NCBI GenBank assembly: GCA_016748015.1
Contig: JAAOMT010000563.1
Location: 186,001 to 250,000, forward strand
Direction of reading: 5' to 3'
DNA: 64,000 nt
DNA from: Geosiphon pyriformis uo1
Lineage: Eukaryota > Fungi > Glomeromycota
Both the position numbers and the translations under genes were made by a program. How positions within the stretch are numbered: the stretch's first letter is position 1; each line of letters opens with the position of its first letter. The notes under the pieces were generated by a model, which made no database searches, was not told the origin of the DNA, and saw nothing but the letters and a program-made list of their open reading frames with translations. This document shows, in pieces, positions 26,312-38,800 of this stretch.

Positions 26312-27506
26312 TTAATTTATTCCTAATATTTTAAACAAATGATAAGAAATAAAAAAAAAATTATAATCACATTTATCAACAAAATCACACCCAAAAAACT
26401 GGAATTTGATTTAAAATTTTCTTAAAATTTTATTAATGAAAAAACAAAACAAAACTTAATTTTAAAAACTGTTTTTAGTCAACTCAAATCAAATATATAA
26501 TTAAAATTACAACAATTTAAATATTAATTAACACATATATATAATAATTTAACATAATTATTATTGAAATAATAGTTAAAACTTTAAAAAACAATAAACA
26601 ATAGAACCAATATTATTAAAAATAATAAAACTTTGTAGAATTTTTTAACATTAAATTAAGTTTAAAGTTAATTTAATTTAATTTAAAATATACAAATTAA
26701 ATTAAATTTATACAGAATTTTTTATTAAAATATTTATACATATTTGATATTTTAATTAAATTTATTTAATTACAACTTTATTAAAGTCTTAAATTTTTTT
26801 GATTTAATTTACTCTTTAAAAATTAAAATTTTGAATTTTTATTTAAATTAAGTAATAAAAACAATATTTTTTTTAATATTAACAAATAACTATTTAATTA
26901 TTTATTAATATATATTAATAATAGTTTTTTAAAAAAACCAAATAACAAAAAAATCTTAAAAATAATTATTAATAATTGAAATCTTTAATATTATATTGGT
27001 TAATTATAATAGTTTTTTTAAAATTATTTAACTATTTAATAAAATTTTGTGTATTATTTTTGTATTTAAAAATAGTTTAATATTTTAAAATATTAATAAT
27101 ATATTTATATTTACTAAAAAAAATTATTAGTTTAAATATAATAGTTTTTTATAGAAAATTTTGAATTATCTAAAGAAAACTTAAAACAAAAATAATTAAC
27201 AACTTTTTTTTGTTTTAAAAAAGATTTTAATTAGTTAATCAACAATTATTTAAATTTAGATAATAATTGTTTAAAAATTATTAAATAAAAAAGTTAATTA
27301 ATATTTTTGTTTTTGTTTTTATATGTTTTTTAAACTTAATTAATAACATAATAATAAAACTTCTTTCTTTCTCACTTTCACAAACCCTCAAAAAGCGCTT
27401 TTCTGATAAAGAAGTTTTTTATTTTATTTTTTCTTGTTAGTATTTTACAATTTCTCTTTCTAATAACCCATTTTTCGAGGTCCTGGAGACTACCTCTAGT
27501 AGCAAT

Positions 27507-29365
27507 ATGTCTAATAAAAAGGCACCAAAGAGTGCTTTTCATGGTCCTGCTGGTGGTTCTTTCTCGCAGAAGAGGAGAGTTATGCTTGGGAATGTTAAAC
27601 ACTCAAGTGATAAAAAGAATATTTCTCTGGACAGGTCTGAGCTTGGTGTCAGTGTGTTCTCTGATGTAGATAGTGTGTCTGGTGATGAGAAAAGTATTGA
27701 CATGACCAGCATTAATGTTGGGTCTCTTCTGGATTCTGTTGCCAATACTCTTAAAGCCAAGCATGTTAATACTAGTGCCATTTTTGGTTCACCTCTTGGT
27801 TCTCCTAATTTTGTTATGGATGATAATAAAGATGTCTCTCTTCTTTTTTACCTTTCAATCTCTCTGGAAAAAAAATGGATTGATCCTAAAATTGTTAAGA
27901 CTCAGGTTGAAGTGTCGGTCAAGAAATCATTTGCTTTGGACATCAATCTTTCAGCTGTGGAAAGGAAATCGGCTATGTCAAAAACTCAGTTCATCAGAAA
28001 ATTATTTTCAGTAATCAATAGTTTTGGGGGGGCCACTACCCCCTCAAAATTTGAAGAGATCATCAGATCTACCTTTACCTCTAAAGCAAGCATGGAAAAG
28101 GCCGCCTCATTGGCCAGGAAAAATAACATCATAGTAAACAGTGATTTTAAGAGACAAGGAATTTGCTCAGATCGGGCTGTAGTAATCAAAGAAATTCCCA
28201 TGAACATGCCAAAAGATATGATTGTCATCACAGTCACTGAATTTGGTGTAATTAAGTTGATCAGAGTGCAACTAATTGGGTTATGGCAGAAGACTATAGT
28301 GGAGTTCACTGAATCAAGTCAGGCTAATATGTTGGCTTCGAAATGGTTGTTCCTAATCAGGAAAAATTCTGTGTATGTGACAAAAGCCATGAGAGATTGT
28401 GATATCTGGGCCTCTAAAAATCATTTTAAGATGCTTTTGTTTACTTTGCCAGTAGGAACAACTGCATATGATCTTAGTAATCTTTTGGATAATATTGGTG
28501 GCAAAACTTGCATTATTAATTATTTGTTGGACACTGGCAATAGAGTTTATTGTGCTGTGGTTGGCTTCAAATCCGAAAATAATTTGGATTCTGCTTTTCT
28601 CATTAAGCCTGTTTTTGGTGGTGTTTGTTTTTTATGAGCTAGGTTGGATTTGGTTCGGTATAGAAAGTGTGGGCATCTTAGTCATTCGGCCCTAGAGTGT
28701 GATGTATCAGATATGTCGCCTTCTGATCTCTTGAGTTTATTTAATAAAAAATGTGCTCCTGGTGTGGATCGTCTTCAGTTAACCAAATTATATGCAAAGA
28801 AAAATATTCCTATCTCTCGCCCTGCTGCCTTTGGTAGCAAATCATGGGCTCAGGTAGTTTTTTTTGCTTCCTCTTCTGGTGGTTCTCCTTCTGGTTCTGA
28901 TCTTGGTGTTGGCTTCTCTCTTCTTAAGACTTCGGGTTTAGGTGGCAGTTTTCCCTTTTCTACAATTAACAATTTTTTTTAAATGCTCATTTGGCGTCTT
29001 TGGAATGCTCTCTCGAGCTGTTGGCTGAACAGGTTTCTGGTATTGTAAAAAAATTGAGTTTTGTTGAGTTGGTGCCCATGGTTCTATCTACTGGTACTTC
29101 TCTTTTGGTTGGCTCTGTGCCTTTGGTCCCTGTTTTGGATTCTGATATGGCTCTAGACAGTGAGTTGGCATTATCCACTCCCCATCTTCTGAGTGCTAAT
29201 TTGGGTGCTAGCTTCAGTTCAAGTAGTTCGAAAGTTCTAACTACCAAGATGGGTGGTTTGAAGTCTAAAATGTCGGCTCTAGAGGCTTTTGTCGATTCTG
29301 TTTTGGCTAGGTTAAATCTTTTGTGTTCTGGTTCAGGTTTTTTCTTATCTCTTTCTTTTCAATAA
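27507..29365 (+). pseudogene. LINE ORF1 (RRM-like region, degenerate CCHC knuckle, coiled-coil)
   Basis: 376-aa ORF plus continuation RYRKCGHLSHSALEC and SWAQVV; one stop (28635-28637) and one frameshift near 28975. Confidence 0.85.
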
Positions 29366-30780
29366 GTGCTTTGATATAGAAAATTGCAACATGTAATGTT
29401 CGAGGTATCAATGTTCCTGCGAAGCAGGTGGATGTTTTCCATTGGCACGTGAAATCTGGGTTAATGCTGTCTTTTGTTACTGAGACAAAATTAAGGTCTT
29501 CTATTGGTCTTTGAATCAAGGATAAATTTGATGGTGTTCGAATTTTTACTTCTGGTTTGGACGTTGGTTTTCTCGGTGCTAGTGTTGTCATTATTATGAA
29601 CAATTCTTTGGCTTGTCATGTTTCTAAAATTGAAGAGATTTCTGGTTGGGTTATTGCTGTGCGGCTTTTGTTCAAGAATAAACTTTTGGTTTCTGTTATT
29701 GGTTTGTATGCTGGTGCCTCTTCTGGTGTTTGTTTTGGTCAGGCTTTTGAGGTGAATTCTCTTATTGCTAAGGCCATTAACTCCAGCACCTTTGTTGTTC
29801 TTGGTGGTAACTTCAACAAAAATAGATCAGAAAGAAGTACAAGTTTCAAATTCTGCTCGGGTTTGGGTTTGGTCAATTCATTTGTTGGCCAACCTTTGGT
29901 TGGAACTTCTACATAGAGTAATTCTAGGGGGGTCGAAAAAACCATTGATTTCATCTTTGTTAGTGAGAATTTGGTTTCTGCTGTTGCTGGCCATAGGGTT
30001 GGCTCTGTTTTGGACTTTTTTGACACTGATCACAATGCTGTTATGGTTTTTATTGGTTTGAATGGACTCTTAGATGTCCATTTAAATAGTTTGTGCAAGC
30101 AGGCTAACAAAGATTATTGGAAGTTTAATATCAAGAATGCTGATGATGCTGAATGGTCTTGTTTTAGGAACTGCTCTTCTGCCATAATTTTGGGTGTAAT
30201 AGATAAATTTCATGTTGCTGCTGCGGAGCTAAATTTGGATATTATATGGTTGTTGCTGGAAAAGATGCTGGTAAATTCTGTGGATGAAACATTTTCTCAG
30301 TGTTGGTTTAATGAGTTTCGGTGTTCAAAAAACAAACATTCCTCTAAGTTTCTGGGCTTGGAGTTGCTAATTGTCAAAATTGTTAAAAAGTTTGGCTCAG
30401 CTAATACCTCTGATTTTGATTGCCTTGTGCAGAAATAGTCTATGTTAAATGCTGATAAGGCTTTCATTTTGGTGAATATGATTCAGTCTGGTCGGAGGAG
30501 GGTCAACATTCTCAAGTTTTTATCAATCATTAAGAGAAGATACAGGAAATCCAAAATGTATGAATTGAAATTGTTACAAGAGGCCTCTATTAGAGATGTT
30601 ATTGAGAAGTACATGAAAAAATTTTGTTCTAACAAAAGTAGCATGATTAGAAGTGTTTTAGATCAGCTCTTTTAGAAGGTTGTTCTGGATCATTTGGTTG
30701 TTAATGATGAACTTGTTTTGGAGCCGGAGGAAGTAAAATTGAAGGTTAATAAAATTATGGAGAGTTGGACAAGAAGGCGG
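29362..30780 (+). pseudogene. LINE ORF2 5' part (AP endonuclease and linker)
   Basis: KIATCNVRGIN, VTETKL, LGGNFN, KTIDFIFVS, DTDHNAV endonuclease motifs. Confidence 0.9.
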
Positions 30781-32065
30781 TGTTACCAGAGATTTTTGGT
30801 CTCTTTTTTTAAATGTTGTTAATGTTGATTTGTTGTGAATTCACGTTTCCAGGAAGTAGTTGGACCTCCAGTAACTGAATTTATCTTCAAATTATCTCCT
30901 ATAATTTAAACTTGCTGGACTTATGAGTAGAATGGCCAATTCTGTGCCAGTTGCTTTATGTAGTTACATTGTAGTAAACGTCAACTCTTTCTCAGGAATT
31001 GTTCATCTAGAAGCTCACTAAAAATGTGTAGTTACTTTGCTGTAAAAGTCAACTCTTCTACAGGAATCTTGTCTATAGGCTACCCTAATGATTATAATAA
31101 GAAAAGAAAAGAAAAATAAAAGAAATGTAAAAGAAATAAGATTTTATCAAGGGAAATGTTTTTCTATCCAGGCCTGGAGTCACTAACAGTTTACTGAAAT
31201 TGGTAGCTAATCAATTTCGAAATGTCAGTTGGGTTTTTGGGGGTTTTTCCAAGTACAATAATTAAAGAATTTGGTTTTTCGAATTATTTGATATTTATTT
31301 CTTTTTGTGTGTATAGGAATGGTTTTAAGAGATAAATCTAAAGTAAGATACATTTTCTTGAAGAGAGATGCTCTTCTTTTATACAACTTGTCATAACACT
31401 ATTCTATGAACTTGAACTTTGCTATTTTCTACAATTTCACTGAACTAAAGATACATTTTGGCAAACTACAAGTTATTTCTGCGAACTATTAGATATTTCN
31501 NNNNNNNNNNNNNNNNNNNATTTCAAAACGTTAGTTGGGTTTTGGGAATTTTCCAAGTACAATAATTAAAGAATTTGGTTTTTCGAATTATTTGATATTT
31601 ATTTCTTTTTGTGTGTATAGGAATGGTTTTAAGAGATAAATCTAAAGTAAGATACATTTTCTTGAAGAGAGATGCTCTTCTTTTATACAACTTGTCATAA
31701 CACTATTCTATGAACTTGAACTTTGCTATTTTCTACAATTTCACTGAACTAAAGATACATTTTGGCAAACTACAAGTTATTTCTGCGAACTATTAGATAT
31801 TTCAGTGAACTATCAATTATTTCGGTGAATTTCTACAAATTTTGGCAAACTTTTGAATATTACATAGTTCGGGGTATTGCATGATTTGATCATTGCAATT
31901 AGGTTACATTTGTGTTGTGTACAAATTGGGTTATTAATTAAATAATAATTTCGGACATTTTGCTAATGTAATAAGTAATAATTTGAAACAATAATATGCT
32001 AATTAATGATAGGATTTATAAGATAATTTTATGTTAAATAATATTTCTAATTTTGTCTGGTAACA
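30781..32065 (-). repeat. 3' LTR of copy B (contains a 20-N gap and ~284-bp duplication, probably an assembly artefact)
   Basis: Matches 39961-40941; 31214-31499 is repeated at 31520-31803 across the N-run 31500-31519. Confidence 0.95.
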
Positions 32066-32753
32066 TAACCTTCTCTTCAAGACTGAACTCTGTTAAAGTC
32101 CAAGTACTGTCTGTAATTTCCAGATAGTAATCCACAATTATTGAAGAAATTTGGTCTGAAAATTGTTGAAATTTCAGTTCTGTGAGCTTTCCAATGTATT
32201 GAATCTTCAAAAGTCGTAAAATTGGGTTTTGTAGGACATTTTCACAGGTGTGGAATAGGTTATAAAGTCTAAGAGCAGCTCTGAGCTTGTAGCAACTGTT
32301 TGTTGGTTCAGCTGTTGTCTTGAATTCATTGTAGAGTTGTTTCTGAATAGCTTCTTTTGTAAGTTTTGCTGTTGTAAGTTCCAGTTTCCATTCATAGAGT
32401 GTTTTTCCAATGTGGAAATATCTATAGATTGGAGGATATTTAGTGTTTTCCTCATTAAGACACAGTTGAAGTCTTTGTTGAATTGTAGCATTTGGTAGAA
32501 TACTAATTGGAGTGAGCATTAGGTTTTCTCTTAAAGCAAGCTTTAAAAGTTCTGGCAGGTGAATTCCAGAATAACTTCTTGTATTCTTCTTATATGGGTG
32601 ATATTTTTGTAAATTTAGGGCTAAATTTGTAACTATTTTTGTTTAGATATAATTAATGTGGTTTTCAATAACAATAATAGATAATTCGGGTATTGTTTTT
32701 AAAGCTAACATTAGTTTTTGGGATAATTGTTGAATGTTTTAAGGAATAATCAT
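32034..32753 (-). pseudogene. Extra ORF (about 239 aa) between integrase and 3' LTR, unknown function
   Basis: ATG at 32753 in frame with the 161-aa ORF; two in-frame TAA, the first of which is CAA in copy A (ATG at 58); ORF reads through the PPT and stops inside the LTR. Confidence 0.75.
32066..32078 (-). other. Polypurine tract of copy B
   Basis: GAAGAGAAGGTTA immediately before the TGTTACC start of the 3' LTR on the minus strand. Confidence 0.75.
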
Positions 32754-32859
32754 TATAAGAGATTTGAAATAAAAGAAAATTATTTTTGGTGTATGGGTTT
32801 TTATGTTATTTTTGTTTTGATTGTTTCTAAATTATAAGGGAATAACTAATAAAATTAAA

Positions 32860-35800
32860 TTAAGTGTTCAGGTTGGAAGGTTGTTCAATGACAATTATTG
32901 GTTTTAAGTTTTGGGGAATATTTTCGGGATTGACTAAAGAAAAATGTGTACCAATTTGTGGAATTAATGGTTCAAAATTGTTTCTGGAATGATAGTGTTT
33001 CAAACAATCTCCATGTGCAACTTTTGCTAGGATTTTGTCATTAAGTCTTAGCTTGTATGATCCATTGCCTAGGATTTCATGGATAAAGAATGGTCCATTC
33101 CATTTATTTTCAAATTTTCCACTTCATTGTTTTTTAGCTTTAGTTCTGTGTAAGAAAACTTTGTTTCCGATTTTAAATTTATTGGTGACTGGAGGCAATT
33201 TGTCATCATGTCATTCTTTTTGTTGAGCTTGGGAGTGTTCAATATGGGTGGCTGCTATTTATTGTTTTCCTTCCAATGTGCTAAACAGAGTATAGGCTCT
33301 TTGCTAAAGCGTTTCTTGAAAATTGTTTTCATCGATTGGTTGTGCTGGGTATGTTTCCACTGTAAAACTAATTGGTAATGTTGCTGTCCTTCCATAAGTT
33401 AAATCAAATGATGTGTGTTTTATGGTATCTTGTTTTAATGTTCTGTATGCTAGCAACACTGATGGAATAAAGATATCCCACTCTTGCTCAAAATTGGTTG
33501 AGACTTTGGCTAATGACTTATACAATGTTCTGTTAAAATGTTCCACAAGTCCGTTTGTTTGTGGATGGTAGGGTGAAGACAGAGGTCTTTTGACATTGAA
33601 TTGTTCGCAAATTTCTTGTATCAGGTTGTTCACAAAGTGTGTCTCCTGATCGGATAAAAGTTCAATTAGACATCTGTGTCTACAAATGATGTCTTCGTAG
33701 ATGAAATTTGCTACTAATTTCGCATCTGCTTATTGAATGGCTCTGGTCTCGGGCCATTTAGTAAAATAATCTACAGCTATTGCAATATAATGGTTTTCTT
33801 GAGTGGTAATAAATAGTGATCCGACTAAATCGATACCAACTCGGTCAAAGGATTGTCCAACTTTAATTGGATTTAATGGTTCAGTAGGGCGTGTTCCTTC
33901 TCTTCTTTGACAACTATCACAAGATTCGACATATTTGTGAATGTTTTTTCTCATTCAAGGCCAAAAGTAGTATTCTAGTATTCTTTGGGTGGTGCTATCT
34001 TTTCCGAAGTGTGCTGATGAAGGATCTGAGTGCATGTTATATAATATGGTCTCTTTTTCTTGTTCTTGTATTAATCTGAGTGGTTTGTTTGGGTTTCTGA
34101 AATTTCGATGATAAATAATGTTGTTGTGTAGAAAATATTGTTTGGCTTGTTGTTGTAGTCGATGTTTTTCATCTGGAGACCAATCTGTTGGGATTGTTAA
34201 TGTTTCCAAATATTGTTTGAGATTGTTGTAGTTTTCCGAATTCATTGTTTGTTGGCTCTTTTGGTTGGTTAAGTTGGGTATTGGTTTTTGTGTTTTTTAA
34301 TCTTGTTTCATTCTGGAGAGACAGTCAACATTGGTGTGGAGTTTTCCTGGTTTGTGATGTATTATGTATCGATAGTTTGCTAGAAATTCTGTCTATCGGG
34401 TTTGTTTTGCATTCAGCTGAGTATTTTTGTTCTGAAGCCATTTGAGTCCAATATTATCAATAATAATATCGAATTCTTTAGGCCTGAGATAAAGGTTGAA
34501 GTGGTGTAGGGCCCAAATTACAGCTGCTGTTTCCAATTCAGTGGCAGGATAATTTTTTTCAGCTGGTTTTAATGTTCTGCTAGCATAGACAATTACTCGT
34601 TTATTTTCATTGTCATCCAGTTGTGATAAGATAGCACCAAAGGCAGTATAAGAAGCATCTGTTGCTAATCGGAATCAGTTGCTGAAATCTGAGTAGGCAA
34701 GAATTGGGGCTGTCATTAGTTTTTCTTTGAGGATTTCAAATGCTTTTTGGCATTCAGTGGTCTATTTGTATTTAACATTTTTAGTAGTGAACTGGTTGAG
34801 GGATTTTGCAATTTCCGAGAATCCTTTGATAAACTTCCAATAATAAGATGCTAATCTTATGAATCCTCTTAGTTCTATAGTGTTTTGAAAAGTTTTGAAG
34901 TTCTTGACAATGCTGATTTTTTCAGGGTCCGGTTTGATTCTATCTTTACTAACAATATGACCAAGGAAGGCCAAGCTTGTTTTTCCAAAGTAGCATTTTT
35001 CGATGTTGAGTTTTAGTCCTGCTTTTCGTAATCATTGAAAAACTTTTCACAGGTGTTTTAAGTGTAATTCGAATGATGGAGAATAAACATCAGTATCATC
35101 AAGATAAACAACTACTGACTTCCAAAGGAGTCCTTGGTACACAACATCTATTAATCTCTAAAACGTTGCTGGTGTATTGCATAATCTGAAAGGCATTACA
35201 TTGAACTCGTAATTTCTGTCTTGGGTGGTGAATGCTGTCTTGGGGCAATCTTTGAGATTCATAGCAACTTGCCAGTAACTGCTTTCCAAATCTAGTGTTG
35301 AAAAGTATTTGGATTTCCCAAGAGCATCTAACATATCATCAATCTGGAGAAAGGGGTAGGCATCTCCAATTGTAACACTGTTGAGTTGTCAATAGTTAAC
35401 ACAAAATCGGATCTTTCCATTTTTTTTTTAACTAGCACTATAGATAAAGCCCAAGGACTTATAAAGGGTTAGATGAGCCCATTGTTAAGCATTCGTTGTA
35501 CTTCTTCTCAGATAAATTGGTGGCTTTCTGGAGCAACTTGATATGCTTGTTGTCTTCTTGGTTTGGCATCTCCTGTATAAATTTGGTTTTGGACCAAATC
35601 AGTTCTTCTTAAGTCATTGTTGTTTTCAGCGAAGATATCGGCAAATTCTGCAATTAGCTCTTTGAACTGGGTCTGTTGTTGTGGTTCAAGTTGTTCCATG
35701 TTGATTCGAGATAGTTTTTCCATGACAACATAGTAGTTTTCGGAGCTGGGATTTGGGTTGATTTTTGGTAGTGAATGTCCAATAATTTCGGAGAAATCAG

Positions 35801-38800
35801 GAACTGTTTGGAGTAATTCTTGTTGAAATATATTACTGTGAATAACTCCAATTTCTAAATTATTTAATAAAATTATGGGATAATTATTGGGGTTGTAAAA
35901 AGTAACTCGGACTTTTTTTGTTCTTTCTGGAATATAAATGTTTGGGATCGAAATATTATGTTCCAAGCAGACTTGTTCATTGGACTTAAAAATTTGTTGT
36001 GTGATTGTTGGCTTTGGGCAGATGTAGATTTCTGGATGTTCTCCAAAGGGTGAGATGGTAATTGGTTGTAGAAGTCTGAGAATCTGGTGGGATTCATTCT
36101 GTGTGTTAAGAGCTATATTAACTGGAACTGTGAATCATCCAGTTGAACCAAAACCTTGTGTTCCTCTATCACTTTTTCCTAATTGTTCTCTTTGATTGAC
36201 TAGTTGCAAACCCGAAATGTTGATTAGGGGTAGGTAAATAGCTTGGACAATTTTTTCAGCATGTTCAATCTTGAATGGTTTGTCAGTTTCATTTTGAAGC
36301 ATTACTGTAATGTCTCCAGTATATTCAGCATCAATTATTCTTCCTCTGACATTAATTCCTTTGCCTGCCAGAAAGAACCAGGAGGTGATTTGAACCATTG
36401 CTCTTGGCAGAATTTCAAATGCAATTTTGAGGTTGATTTTTGTAAGAGATTTGGGTTTGAGAACAAGAGTATCCTTGCCTGGATATTTTAGATCATATCC
36501 AACATCAATTTTGTGTGCTTTTTCGGGTTTTATTTTTTGTCCATTGTTGTTGAAATATTTAAGTTGTAAGGCAGGCTGATTTTCGATAAGGTAGATGGAT
36601 GTTGTTTCAATTTCTTCTGTTGCTTCAGGTTCTCCAAATTCAATTTCATTCTCATCATTTTCGCTGGGCAAAAGAATACTAAGAACGTAGCATTCAGGAC
36701 ACCACTGTTCATCACAAAGCATAATGCATTTTTCATATAGTCTAATGTTCATTTGCTTTAATCGTTGAATTTGAGCTTCTTGGGTTGGGTAGGTGTGACT
36801 TGCAATTTGGTGATAGACTTCTATTTTGTCTTTATAATTGAATCCAGCTAATTCCATGGTGTATTCAATGTATTCTGCTTCCTTCATTTGACGAACATTT
36901 TCTTTGGTAGCTCTATTAATTAATGCCATTGCTAAGTCAAAAATCATCTCGGCATCATAAGGGTAGTGATAAAGTTTGTTGAGAACACTATTGTATGCTG
37001 CATTAAAGAGTGTTTCTTTTTTTACTTTTTCTGAAATTGATAAAGCATATTGGCAGATCTGATCACAGACTCCTCCTCTCATGGCTACATCAATCCAATT
37101 GTATTCTTCCGGTAGCATATCTCCACAAGTCAAACAAGGGATGTTATCCTATTTTCTGCTCCTTTTTATTAGATGGCCCCATTGTTCTCTGTGGCAAGTC
37201 TTACAGTAATAACAAGTATGATTCTCATATTCTTCTTCAGGTGAAATGCAGGCTCTCATTGATGATAGTTTCTTGTGGCAGTCCTTACATTTAAGGAGAA
37301 TATAAGGATGTTGTTTTCTTGGTTCGGGTTTTAAGTAAGGGATATTCCATCCAGAGGTTTCGGGTTTAGAGTGTGGGGTAAAATGTTCTTGTTCTGTTTT
37401 ATTGGCCCAGTTGGACGTTGATCCAAGAGCCATGAATGTTTCAATGAGGGGTTTTTCCTTTTTCAGTTCGAATTCAAAAGCCGGGGCTTTTTCAGAGTGT
37501 TTGTTGAATGTACCACAAGTGGCAGGTACCTGGGCATGTTGTCCTTGGTAGGAGATTGTTAACTCTTGTGTTTCCCAATTCAGATTAGCATTGGCTTTTT
37601 GAAGCCAATTATTTCCAATGAGAGCTTGGTACTGGGGTGCGTTTATTACAAGAACTTTGATTGGAATGGTGATTCTATCAAGAGTGAATGGAAAATTGTC
37701 AATTTCTCCTACTGGGGTCTTTTTTATGCCATCAGCAGTAATGATTACTGTTTGAGCTGGTCGGTCGACATTTCTCTTCAACTGTTACATTAACTGGTAG
37801 GTGATAATGCTTCCGACGGATCCACTGTCTAGGATTAAGCGAATTGTCTTTCCTTCGACTTCTGCTTCAGTGTACATAGCCATGATTGCTTTTTGTTCAT
37901 TGGCGGCTGCATTGCTAAGCAGGAATGGTGACTTATTTGCTTCGAACTCAAAAGGAAATATATCTGAAAGGTTAGCGTTTTCAGCAATTCTGGCTGGTGG
38001 AATTGTGGTGAGAGTATAGGAAGGGTTTTGTTGTTGTGCTGCAGCTCTACCTTCCAAGAGTGCAGTATGGTGAAAATCCTGTTCTTCTGGCATTGTTAAA
38101 TAACTGAATTGAATGTGATAGTGGTTGGGTCTTGGTTGAGCTGGATTTTAGGGAACCAATTGGTTGTTTAAACTGATTCTATTGTTGTTTACTTGGTATT
38201 GGTTTTGTGGTGTGAATTGATTTTGTGTAATCAGTCTTCGAGCAGGTACTTGATAATATTGTGTGGATGGTTGTTGGTATTGCTGTTGGATTGGCTGTGA
38301 GGCGGGCTGATAATAGTTATTTTGGTATTGGGGTCTTGGTGGATAGTAAGCTGGTGGTGGTGGTTGATAATAAGATTGCTGTGATGGAGGGTAACGTTGA
38401 TTACTCCTATTTTGTTGGTCTCGTTGTAGCTTTCTGCAATCTCTTTTCCAGTGGCCAGAGATTTCACAGTAATGGCAATTTTGAGGCTGGTTATTGGAAA
38501 GTGGTGCAAAGTTATTTTGATTTTGTCTTTGGGGTGGTTGATATCTTTGGAGTTGCTGTTGTTGTTGATTGATGAAATAGTTTTCAACCTTCTTTGTGAG
38601 TTGGTCAATTTTTTTCTCAGCTGCTGAGCTGGTTTCTCCAATTGCCAAATTTACAAGTTTTGTGCAATTGGCCTCTTCCATGGCCATTTCATATCTTTTC
38701 ACATGCTGTATGGCAGAGTTTAAATCTTCTGGCACATGTGGGTGAATCTTTTTAATTAGTTTATCTTTTAGACCAGCAATAAATTGATCCAAGATTTGAG

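Noticed and set aside
31214-31803. Apparent 284-bp tandem duplication in the 3' LTR
   Set aside because: It flanks a 20-N gap, the copies are essentially identical and the 5' LTR lacks it; most likely an unmerged contig overlap.
32860-33050. Chromodomain or env gene after the integrase
   Set aside because: The integrase ends in a short tail (KPIIVIEQPSNLNT*) without chromodomain aromatic motifs; the downstream ORF has no membrane segments.
36135-36137. TGA right after the dUTPase in both Gypsy copies (also shared at HQFI* and YFWP*), suggesting programmed readthrough
   Set aside because: All shared stops are TGA at plausible Arg CGA codons, several inside conserved RT/IN regions; parallel CpG decay explains them.
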